Assembly (NCBI GenBank): GCA_050230475.1
Contig: JBFLGF010000120.1
Coordinates: 1-64,000, forward strand
Length of the DNA: 64,000 bases
Source: Ancylonema sp.
Taxonomy: Eukaryota
Direction of reading: 5' to 3'
Positions 52,313 through 63,042 of this stretch are shown here, in pieces (positions within the stretch are counted from its first letter, which is position 1; the number at the start of each line of letters is the position of its first letter). A model generated the notes under the pieces. The model searched no databases and was not told where the DNA came from. It saw only the letters and a program-made list of their open reading frames with translations. Position numbers and translations under genes: made by a program.

Positions 52313-54544
52313 ATGCCGGCCTTTTGGGGGCGCAGCAAGAGTGGGAGACAGTTTCAGCCCACGGACAAGGCTGTCATGGCCTCCTTGGCCACTATGGCTG
52401 CCCGTGTCTTCCCTAATTCAAGAATGCGAGCCAATAATGCGGTTCTTGTAGGAATACTGGCCTTTGAAATGGGAGGAATCGTGAGGAGGTCCCTGGAGAT
52501 TTGGGACTCGATGCAGGAGAAGGACCTTTCGCAGCTAAGGAGAAGCTTACAGGTGCTGACAACAAGTCACATGACATGCCGTACAAAATGCAGTATATGA
52601 GTACCTTTTTGCTCTTTCCGACATGATTTGCGGTGTCTGTAAGATCGATGACTGTAGTTTGCTGTAGAAGGAATGGAAGCTATGCGCGCTACTGCACTTA
52701 TTAATATGTAGCTCTGAAATTAAAAAAAACAGGTGCAAATCGCCGAAGGTGGCTATCCTCAGGAAGTACTCGCGCCAATCTAGGACAGTCTTACGTTTTG
52801 AACCTGAAAGCATAACAAACAGGCAGCGCACCCCCCAAACTAAAATGCTGAGACGCTGATGGCGACAAAGTCTGGCGGGCTGTGTACTCTGCGCAGGCGG
52901 CAGGTATCCAGAACTTAATATCGCCAGACAACACGAAGCTGTGGGCTCTCTCTGGTATGTTCTCCACCTTTGCCGTATCTGCGCCCATCCTTTGTCGTAT
53001 CCGCATCCATCACCGTAGCCACAGCGCTCAGGTTCCCATTCGACCCAATCGCGGCGACTTTTGCGGGGGTGGTTGTAGGTCTCGAGAAACAGGAGCAGCT
53101 GAACGTGCTGGCTTCCCGGGTTGCGGTGCTGGGCATCACGTGTGCCGACCCGCGCCTGCACGGGCTGACACCTATCATGCCACATGTCGGGCGGTCGCAA
53201 GATCCGCAGACGGAGATGGGACAGCTGGATGTGCAGCCGAAGGGAGCCGAGCTGCTCATCAGGTGGGAACAACAGAGCAGGAGGGGTTGCAGAAGCAGGT
53301 GGACGAACGCGGGGGCTATCAGAGAGGGGGGGGTGTTTGACGCCCCTCTCTGGACAATTGTAGGGTCGCTATTTCCTGTGTGAGGGCAAATCTTCGTTCT
53401 GAAAGTATGTATGGTGGGCATACGAACGACTCACACCTGATGTCTCTGTTCCGGTTCTGTATCTGGTCCTCATTCGGGTGCAGGTTCATGAAAGACCAAA
53501 CCGACATCATCAACAACTTGAAGTGGGAGATGGAGACGCTCCAGCACCTATACAGCAGGTGACTTTTTAACCCCCCTCCACCCCCCCCCCCCCCCATGAT
53601 TCCATCTGAGAAGTCAATGTCGGTGCTGATGGTGGTGGAGGGGGGGTGGGAAGTGGAAAGAAAAAAAGTGGAATTGTGGGAAAGGCTCTCAAAGCTTCAG
53701 AAATCAATGCCCCTTTCTGCCACTTGTTGTATCCTTTTTGCCCCTTTTTGCCGCAGGGTGCGCCTGCATGGGGAGACCGATAAGATGCCCGAGATTTTGG
53801 CACAGGTTGGTTCCCCCTCCCCACCCTTTGTCCGCCTGAAGAGGAGGTGGGAACAGGGGCTGAGATGGGTCGCGGGTGGGGTTGCAGAGGGACCTCATCC
53901 TCCGTATGCAGGCCAACTGCCTGTGGTCGCAAAACCTGTACATCTCTGTCCCCCACCCTACAACACACCCACCAAAAAAGGGACAACAGAGTATACATTG
54001 CTTGCAGCGTAACCCATCCCCAACTGCCAGCCTGACCGATGTTGGAGTGGTCGGGGGCTGGGGTTGGGGACCCGGCAGTTAATGGTTCTTATCGTCTCCA
54101 TGCTCCGGAAGCGCATTTTGGCAATTTCCGGGAGTGCAGTCCACCCCGACGCCCTCAAGTCGGGCTCATTGGGGCAAGCGGGACTGGCGCTGCACTACAC
54201 CCACATCGTAGTATTCATCGAACAAATATTCAAGGACCCAACGATGGTGCTCGGATCCGCCAGGTCAGCAAAAAATAAAAAAAAAGACGGGATCCGTGCC
54301 TGGTTGCTAGTTACAGTAAAACCTGTCTAAAGGAGTAACCTCTCTAAAGGAATAAAAAATTCCGGTCGCAAAACCGGATTTGTGAGGAACCGTGGCTGTC
54401 TAATTGAATAACCTGTCTAAAGGAATATTACTTCCCGGTCCCGACAGTATTCCTTTAGACAGGTTTTACTGTATCCGGCCACCCGGTTAACTTCGTAATC
54501 GGTAGCCTTGTCGCAACCAGCCATGCTCATGGTGTCCGCTTTGC

Positions 54545-54581
<37 letters not shown>

Positions 54582-56997
54582 GGGGGGGGGGGTAGGTCTT
54601 GGGTGCAGGGACGAGTTCTACCAGATGCTCCCCCGCGAGATCCAGGGCGCCGTCCGCATCCACCTCCGCGACAAACGGACGGTCGGCAGCGACCCTCGCA
54701 TCGAGGAGCGTCTGAAGCGTAGCATGACCCTCCTCCCCCCCCTGGCGCGCAACACCATCAGCTGGCAGACGGCGCACACCCCCGGGTTGAACTTCATCCC
54801 CAAAACCACCGTCTTCCGCGTGCAGACCTTTGAGTACGCCGACAAGGGCGCTGTCAACCAGGCGCTCGTGGACGTGCTCGTCGGGCTCTGCCACGTGTGC
54901 AACACGGACGAGGATGACGTGGCGACCCCGAGGTCCTCGGGATCGCATCTGGAGGCGCCCGGGATGCGGCCTAGAACTCCCAGGAGGGAGGAGGGCGGCA
55001 GGATGGGGCAGGAAGAGGCGCCAGTGTTGAGGGGAGAGGTGCAGCAGCAGAAGATGGCTTCTTACCGCACGATAGAGCCCAAGGCGGCCGCAGGGGGGGG
55101 GGGAGGAGGGGGAGTGGGCTCAGAGCCACCTGGACGAGAATGGTGAGCCCCTGGTGCCTGTGTACCAAAACTCGAAAGCAGTGGGGGGCACTTACGACAT
55201 TTACAACGGAGCGCTGCACTCGGCAGTGGCGGCTGCGCCGGAGAGGGGGGGGCCGGGGGCGGGGGCGGACTTTGGGTTACGCCACGGGGAAGGGGAGTAT
55301 GGGGAGGGGGCGTCTCCGCTAGACTCCCCCCCTGGGGCCCCCAATGACCTCTACCACACAGCGCCTTCTCAAAATGAGTACTCTGCAGCGGGCTACAATG
55401 AGTACATCCCCCCTGGGGGCGGGGGGGGGGGGAGGGGGAGGGGGGAGTTGGACATTTACGGCAGTGACCCCCCCCCCATAAACGGCCACGAGGATTATGG
55501 GGCGGATTCAGACTACTCCCGCCAGTCCAGCATGCAGTATGAGGACAGGAGCGCAGCCCGCAGGGCCACCCTCCAGCCCCCCCCCCCCAACCACGTCAAC
55601 GGGGTTGGGGCCTACGCTGCAGAGGCGGCCGTGAGGGCGGAGGCCGCCACCCGTACGGAGCGGTGGGTGGAACCGGCGGTTACCCTGGGGGCGGTACAGC
55701 TGAGGAGGATGGACTCGCAGGGGAGGGGGGACCTGCCGCAGGGGGGGCTGCTGAGGAGGATGGATTCGCAGGGGAGGGGGGACAACCCCAACCCCAACCC
55801 CCAGCTGCGGAGGATGGACTTGCAGGGGCGGGGGGATCGGGAGAGGGAGAGGGAGAGGGAGAGGGAGCCCAATTTGAGGCGTATGGATTCCCTGGGGAGG
55901 AACCAGGGCGGAGAGCCCCAACTGCGCAGGATGGATTCCCAGGGGAGGAGTCTGGAGCAGCCCCAGCTGCGGAGGATGGACTCGCAGGGAAGGGGGGATA
56001 GCAGCGGGCAGTTCCGACGGATGGATTCGATGGGGAGGAATGACAACCCCAACCCCAACCCCAACCCCCAACCCCAACTGCGGAGGATGGATTCCCAGGG
56101 GCGGAATGATAACAGGGAGCTGAGGAGGATGGATTCGCAGGGGCGGGGGGATAACCCCAACCCCAACCCCCAGCTGCGGCGGATGGACTCGCAGGGGCGG
56201 AACGATAGCGGGGGGGGAAACCTTTGCAGAATGGATTCGCTGGGGAGGAACGAGAACTCCATCCCCAACCCCCAGCTGCGGCGGATGGACTCCCAGGGGC
56301 GAAACGACAGCGGGGGGTGGAACCTGCGCAGAATGGACTCCCTTGGGCGAACAGCTGCGCAGCGGGGGGGGGGGGCCAGCCTCGAGGTCCTGCTCGGGGG
56401 GTTCAACGGCCCCCCCGGGGGTGGGCTGCAGAGGACAATCTCGGTTGGGGAGGCCCAGTTCAGGAGAATGGATTCCCTGAAGCGCGTGGACGGGGGGGGG
56501 AACACAGCCCTCCAGCGAATGGATAGTCTGAGTCGGGTGGAAGGGAGCGGAAACAATCTCCGTAGGATGGATAGCATGGGGAGGACGGATGCAGGGGGGG
56601 GGGGGGGTTGCGGAGGATGGATAGCATGGGGAGGTCGGATGCCGGGGGTGGGGGGGGTCTGCGGCGGATGGACTCCATGGGTCGATCCGACAGCGGGGGG
56701 CTGAGGCGCATGGACTCGCTGGGCCGGAATCCGGGGTCCAAAACACGCAAAGCAATCCATATCGAGGTTTCTCGATCCACGGGGGAGAAGCAGGTGACGA
56801 TCAACGTGGCCACCCTCATGGCCAACCACGCCGCGAAGCCGCCCACGTCCAACCGCCCCCCGCCGCAGTTCGCCCCCGTGGCCTTGGACCCACGGGAGAA
56901 GAGGGGCGCCCTCAGACCCACGCGCAGCATGAGGGCCAAACCCAAGTCAAGGGGACTGTGTTCTTGTGCGGGGTGGTCGAATATGGTGATGGACTAA
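52313..56997 (+). CDS. DUF3475 + DUF668 (PSK SIMULATOR / PSI family) protein with a ~700-aa disordered C-terminal tail of LRRMDS repeats, ~1080 aa, 8 exons
   Basis: Exons 52313-52552, 52897-52954, 53079-53262, 53484-53558, 53757-53805, 53888-~53953, 54079-54263 and 54609-56997. DUF3475 motifs: VGILAFE, GIQNLIS, LGITCADP. Linker CLWSQNL. DUF668 motifs: SLGQAGLALHYTHIV, ARDEFYQMLP, PLARNTISWQ, RVQTFEYADK. Two frameshifts lie in G runs (55093-55103, 56594-56607), and the exon-6 donor is uncertain. Confidence 0.88.
54314..54471. mobile_element. Tc1/mariner (pogo-like) MITE family C, 158 bp, intronic
   Basis: Perfect 21-bp TIR CAGTAAAACCTGTCTAAAGGA / TCCTTTAGACAGGTTTTACTG, TA TSD, internal copies of AACCTSTCTAAAGGA. 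It sits in intron 7 of the DUF668 gene. Confidence 0.95.
55700..56727 (+). repeat. Coding repeat array: 19 x [LF]xRMD[S]-type motif (consensus LRRMDSQGR) with variable low-complexity spacers
   Basis: Counted in the translations of ORFs 55154..56704 and 56608..56997. Spacers include NPNPNP, ERERER and GGGGG. Confidence 0.95.
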
Positions 56998-57518
56998 GGG
57001 GAGGAGAGGATCCGGGATTGTTTGGGCTCATTGTTGGGGTCTGCGGCCCTCGATGACATGCGGCCCCAAAGGGAGATACAGATGCATGGTTGTGTACAGA
57101 AATCTGGGAGGTCATGCGTGGGAAGTCAATTTACTCATGGTGATTATTGAGTGATTGGACTTCAGGGTGGGGGTAGATCTTTGTTGCTAGTGGCGGGGTT
57201 TGAATCAGAAGTATAGAGCATAGATGGGTTGTGATTGTCCGAGTTCCGATCGTGTTCCGATCATCAACGTTTCTTAGTTTATTTATTTTTCGGATTTTGG
57301 GTGTATTCAATACTCTTTTTTTTTTTGGACGATCGGAACTATGACCGGGAATATTCCGACTAGATGGGGGCCTTCATAGATTGGAGAAGTTTCAAGTGAA
57401 GAATTTCCTCGTTACCTGAGTCAAACGATTGTTTGAGTGTGCGCAGGAAAACCACTATTTGGTTGACATACGCTTAAAACATTTGAATGTTAGTGTTTCT
57501 TCCTTTTGCCCTTTCTTA

Positions 57519-58557
57519 TGTTACAATGGCCACGTGATTCTTCAACATAATTGGACGGCGCTCAAAGTTTGTGTTTGAAAAGACACGGCCAGTCATGGCA
57601 TCTCCGACATTGAAGGTGCTCGGAAACATCGGATGACCTTGAGGGGGGTATAGATTGAACGCCTCATAGGGAATTACGGATGAACGACGAAACCCCATTT
57701 GGGTCCAGAATGTGTAGGGATCTGATGGACTGTTCCAGTGACGTATCGATATGAATCGTTACTCAACACTAGCAAAACATGTAGGTAACAAGATACTACA
57801 TGTGCCACAAAGTATATATCTACCCAGATCAACCCGAGATATAAAGTGTGCCAACACTTTAGAGATTCCAACTACAACAACTACGTCACTCCCAACTCCA
57901 ATCCCCAACTAGTATCACGTCCCAAATTGTTTTAACTAACTATCCAAAGGAAGAAATGCGATGGGTGCCAAAGTGCGAGACGAAATCAGCACACTTCTGA
58001 GGCTCAAGGGCATTCCAGCCACAACAACCTTATTAAAACAGGCAAACCATAGACGATTGCAAGTGCATGTGTAATCAAAAGTAAGTCGTCCGGGAAATGT
58101 GCCGGAAAGGTGTACAATGAGTCCTCTCCTAGACGCTAATAGGCGGGCACCAACGAGCTCAACGGAGCAGCGTTGGTCCAAAAGTCTAACCTGACGGTCG
58201 CACGCGGGACAGCGACACCCCGTTCGCTAGATCTGGAACTATCGACTTAGGACTTATGGGATGCAAGAAATCCTAGAGGACCAATAGAAACCGAGCACCG
58301 CGAACCAACCGCGGAAGGTTCGTGGTCACCTAAATTCAACGCTAGCAAGACTGGAACATTCTCGTCCTTAATCCTCGGCATAACGAACACAAGCACCTCT
58401 ACAGCCTTAACGGCAAAGGAACCCGCTACAGCCACACGAGGCCTCTCTATACGACACCCGGTCCGGTCTAGAATCAGTACGAAACCTTGACACCCACTGA
58501 AAACGACTCAAGTATTATGTTGGGCAATTAGTGTGGGCGCTCGTTAACTCAAAAACA
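57519..58557 (-). mobile_element. Possible solo LTR related to the Copia LTR at 36926-37432
   Basis: Bounded by TGT...ACA. Shares short blocks (GGAACTATCGAC, GGCAATTAGT, AACTCAA) in the same order with 37150-37430. No TSD found. Confidence 0.3.
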
Positions 58558-58815
58558 CAATAATACGTTGAGTCCTCAGACTACTGTCGAAGAACTCATA
58601 GTTCTTTATAAATAGTGGTTTTTTTTTTTTTTTGCGTTCACATACTATTTTCATGTACCATAGCTAAGCTACGCAGAGCGCCAAACATTTGAAGTCTCGC
58701 TATGCAATTCGGAGTATCGTGATGAATTCAATCATTTTTGGTGACGATATGAAACTTGTCTGTACAAATTTTTTAGGTGTAGGTTCACATGCTTAAAAAC
58801 TTGAAGTGTTGATAA

Positions 58816-59930
58816 CATAGTTGCACGATCTCCGAACCGTTTCCGAACCAAATCTTATATGGAACCGGTTCCGACAAAAGTGGCCGCGGTTCGGAACCGG
58901 AGGATTTAGGTTTCTTTCACTTAAACGTCATTTTGAGGGGTTATATGTAGGGTTATAAATTTGACGTTATCCGGGCTTCGGCGAAAGTATTACGGAAGAA
59001 ATTTACGAATGATAGTAGTATCATTATTTTACAAAAACCCTTGTAAATTGACGATGGCCTTACATGTAAATCTTAATTGAGGTAATTACTAATTTACAGT
59101 CATGACAATTAAAAAGTAAAAATTACACCTAGCAAATTGGGGACACTTTAGAGACGCCATATTCCCTCCCCCCCCCCCCCCCCCCCCCTCTTCCCGGCAT
59201 TCTCTATGCGTGAGAGTGCCTCACACTCTACTATCTTCCTCGTGCAATAACATACTAGGACTTCCGCTGTAGAACCACGTTTCAGTAGACAACGATGTAA
59301 TGGAGTCAACAACTACAACATACTTGACAACATAGTTACAACGTTCTGGCGGACAACAATGTTATGTAGAACGACGACGCCATGAAAGTCATGTGATGGA
59401 ATACCCTAGTGACTTGGAATCCCCATGACATATTTCGTCTTCCACGCTGGAGGACGATTCTTGTAAAGAAGATATAAGGATGGACGAACACTATTTTATA
59501 TGTGTTGATGAAGTCTTGTTTGTTGTAAAATATAATAAAATGAATAGAATCATGAATTAGTTAAAATATGTGGTTTGTGTACGTGTGTATATCAGAGAAA
59601 TGAAGCAAACTCATTTTCTAAGGTACACAGTGCCAACACGATAGCAATGCAAGTTGGTAGTAAGTTTTTACATGTTGTTAAAAAATGCAATTTTAACATT
59701 GCATTTTGTGATGGAGAAAAGGCCACATCTAGCACTAGAAGTAGGTTCAGAAATAAATGGAATATTGGACTTGAGGGGAGATGATGCACTACAACATGGA
59801 AAGGAAAATTATAGATACATAAACCGAAAGTATCATACCACCCCTGGTCCGGCATCTTTGGCCGGAAATGAATGACCTCGGTACGGAATCGGAACCTCGG
59901 AGCCCCGGTCCGCGAGTCCGAGCAACTATC
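58816..59930. mobile_element. Degenerate hAT-like element (CATAGTTGCACG family)
   Basis: Left end CATAGTTGCACG with GGAACC/GGTTCC subterminal repeats; right end CGAGCAACTATC; no TSD. Related ends occur at ~180-190, 49760 and 63766-63780. Confidence 0.55.
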
Positions 59931-60321
59931 ATGTTTTCAATAGATGAGCCCGCCCCAGTAAATTACTAATGTTCTCGAGACGAGCACAGGTTGTACCGTC
60001 CCGGGCTGAAATGCGGAGCGGGGCCATTAGCCGAATCGAAGCTATCCGATATGTAGACATCTATCGACGAATCAGAGTGTTCCCCTTGAATCTTCGATAA
60101 ATGTATATATCGTTACTATATACGCCTTAATGCTATCTTGCCATCTTCAATCATACTTGGCAACTCTGTATTTTTCATTTTTGCCGTCCTCAAGCGTAGC
60201 TGTCGTAGCGCTAGGGATCAGTAGCTTAGTGCGGGTTCTCCCCCGTTGTAGCCGATCGGTTACTACCAGTAACCGATAACCAGTAACTTACTGGTAGATA
60301 CGCCCCTACCGTAACTAAGTG

Positions 60322-60941
60322 CAGTACTCCCTCGATATAACGACAAAAAAAAATCCATAAAAGTGTCGTTATATCGAGGTGTCGTTATACAGTGTATGAC
60401 GACATTTACTACTAGAATCTGAAATCTATGTCGTTGTATCGAGGGACTTTGCGAATGAATCAAAGTGAATAAGAAAAAGTGTTTATTATGTGTTTCCTAG
60501 AGTAAGTTGCCTTGGCATGATTATTAATTTCAGCGTGTGTATTGATATACGATCTATACAAGTGCGTCATGATACCAATACATGCGGATGGACAAAATAT
60601 ACCATAAAATTTTACGAGGAGAGTTGGGGAGGTATCAAGGTTGTTACAAAGCAACACCGGACACGCACATTCTATTGGACCTATATAGAATTCTACATAG
60701 AATTTGAGGTGCCGTTCTATATTTTTCTCGATTTCCATACATCGTTATCTGCGAGCAATAGCGTTATATACACAGTATAACGACATTCAGTAACAAATTT
60801 CTGAAATAATTTGTCATTATATAGAGTGTCGTTATGCTTATATCGAGGGCGATTTCATATTGATTTTAAAAAAGTTCCCAAAAACTGTCGTTATACCGAG
60901 GTTCCCGTTATATCGAGGGTCGTTATATCGAGGGAGCACTG
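60322..60941 (-). mobile_element. MITE family B, copy 2 (inverted relative to 32520-33140), 620 bp
   Basis: TIRs CAGTACTCCCTCGATATAACGAC / GTCGTTATATCGAGGGAGCACTG, flanks TG and TA. The interior is the reverse complement of copy 1; ORFs 60490..60780 and 32681..32971 translate nearly identically. Confidence 0.93.
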
Positions 60942-62691
60942 TAGCTTGCATTCGTTATACCGGGATGACGTCCGCTGGCCGTGAGTTCTGATTGGCCATC
61001 TAGATTTGCTCGTCAATGCTACGCAGATTAGTTTGGCGCTGACTTTCGCACGTGCAGGGGTGCCTCACCCACTGCACTAGAATAGGGACAGGAAGAGCTT
61101 TGTACCCAAACTTTCTCGATAACTTCCCGGAACCTACTCGTCTCCTCGCACGTGTCTTGCTGTGTCGTGTGCATTGATACCGCTGCGCTGTGCTGCATTT
61201 AGGTTGGCAGAAATACCCATTAGCCCGATAGGTCGCCAGCTCACGGCGCTCCTAGGCACCCAACGGCTTCTATTGCCTTGGATAGTTTATCGAGTGGACG
61301 TGGCTGCCCTCTTTCCTCTCTCCTAATCTTCCCACAAGTCCCATCCTCAACCTTCAAACTCAATCTAAACCTCTCCTAAGGTTCGAGCAGCTCCTACTTC
61401 AGATCCTGGCTCCGTTTAGTCCGGGGCAGCAGACTCCACTTGCGCGCAGCAGATTGGATCTGGTCGTGAACAGGCCATCTGGCCTCCCGCTGGCTGGCCT
61501 ACTTCAACGTGCAGCAGCAGCCCCTGAGGTCCTTGTTGCTCAGGCGCTGCGCAGAAGTGTTCAGAAGCTGGCGGGTGCAAGTCTCTCAACCTTGGCACCC
61601 GTGCAGCAGCCCTTTGTTCGGCAGCCTTTACTATATGAGCACCTGGGCCAGCCTCCTGGTCAGTGTTCAGTTTGGAGTGGAGGCAGCGGTCAGCGGTGCG
61701 GTTCATCTGGTGGGCGGTGCGTTTCATCAAGCTCATCCCTGGTGGCTGATCAGCACCTTCTTCCCTCTCCTTCCTTACCGCCTTGTTCTTCTCTTCAGCC
61801 TTCTCTACCCTTCCACCTTCACCCTCTCAGACAACCAGCTTTGAACCTCGTGGAAACAGAGGGGGGGGGCTAGGGGGGGGGGCTGGGGGGGGGGGCTGAA
61901 AGGGGGACAGCTGGCGCACTTGAGATAAGTGTGGCCAGCTCTCAGCAGTTCTGCAGCCAGCCGCTGGATCTCCATGAGCGCGCGACTCTTTTCCTTCCCT
62001 TCCTCACCTCAAAACTCTGACGTTGTCGTTTGGGGGGGGAGGAGGGGTGCAATCTTGGGAGGGGACGCTTTGATAACTTCTTCACCTCTACCCCCGTACG
62101 CGGTATAACCAAGCTGCTTCGACGGTCGATGTCAGGATGTAAGGAACGTGGACGGATCTCAATCCGCACGTGTTCGCTTGTGTCCTTAGCGTGTTTGTAG
62201 TGTGCTTGGCCTAGCCGCACGTGTGTGACGCATCGATCTCTATAGGTACGTCAATAGCGGCTGGAGAAGGTGCGCTAGAAAATCTGAAAAATAATATATT
62301 AAATTGGGTTCCACTGTGATGCGCCATGCAATTTATAATGTTCGGTGATCCACCACTTTCGCTAGGAAGATTTTGACCGGATAATAAATTGTTGCACCAC
62401 ATATCTTCGCATTTTTTTTTTATTATTATTTTTTTTTATTGACAAAAATATTACATTGCCCTGTTGTTTAGGGCAATACTATTTTTTGGGGTTGTGAGAG
62501 ATTTACCTTGAAGAAAAAACTCGACTTTTTGTTTTCTCGTGGATAATTTTTTACTTGTACAGAAAAAAAAACAAAAAAATGTGACGCATTCGTTGTGATG
62601 TATTCGTCACAACGAATACGTCATGAAAACCTATGATGGCGAAGGAGTACATACATTTTTCACCAAGTTCCCAATCAGATGGGATTAAAAC

Positions 62692-63042
62692 CGTAGTTGC
62701 ACGGACTGGCAAGATTGGTTTTTCGGACCGCGGTCGGACCGGTTCCGGAGTCGGGCCCCGGTCGGACGGGGATTTCTTAGGGTTCTTTCCGCCCCGGGCA
62801 ATTTTCGGGGGGAAATCGACAAGTCGGGGAAATTTGAAAGAGTATATCCTTGTTTCATTTTTGTACGATGCACAAAGCCCAAATGAAAAACAAAATATTT
62901 GTTTTCCGGAAACCTTTTAGAATCCCGAAAGAAAAACCGAAAGTATCGTACTACCGCCGGTCCGGCATTTTGGCCTAGAAAGACGGACCCCGGTCCGGAA
63001 CCGGGACCTCGGAACCCCGGTCCGCCGGTCCGTGCAACTATG
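62692..63042. mobile_element. Non-autonomous hAT MITE (CATAGTTGCACGGAC family), 351 bp
   Basis: 15-bp TIR CGTAGTTGCACGGAC / GTCCGTGCAACTATG (1 mismatch), perfect 8-bp TSD ATTAAAAC (62684-62691, 63043-63050), subterminal CGGACC/GGTCCG repeats. Confidence 0.93.

Noticed and set aside
55700..56727. Repeat-spacer pattern resembling a CRISPR array
   Set aside because: The repeats vary at synonymous positions, stay in one reading frame, and have low-complexity spacers. The context is eukaryotic with no cas genes. It is a coding repeat.
55508..56829. Long minus-strand ORFs of 415 and 405 aa
   Set aside because: Antisense shadows of the GC-rich repeat exon. Codon degeneracy and continuity with DUF668 favour the plus-strand frame.
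15647..56997. SERK-like and PSI-family genes as a phytosulfokine signalling cluster
   Set aside because: They are ~32 kb apart with unrelated genes between, and no PSK precursor or receptor is present. Co-location is probably chance.
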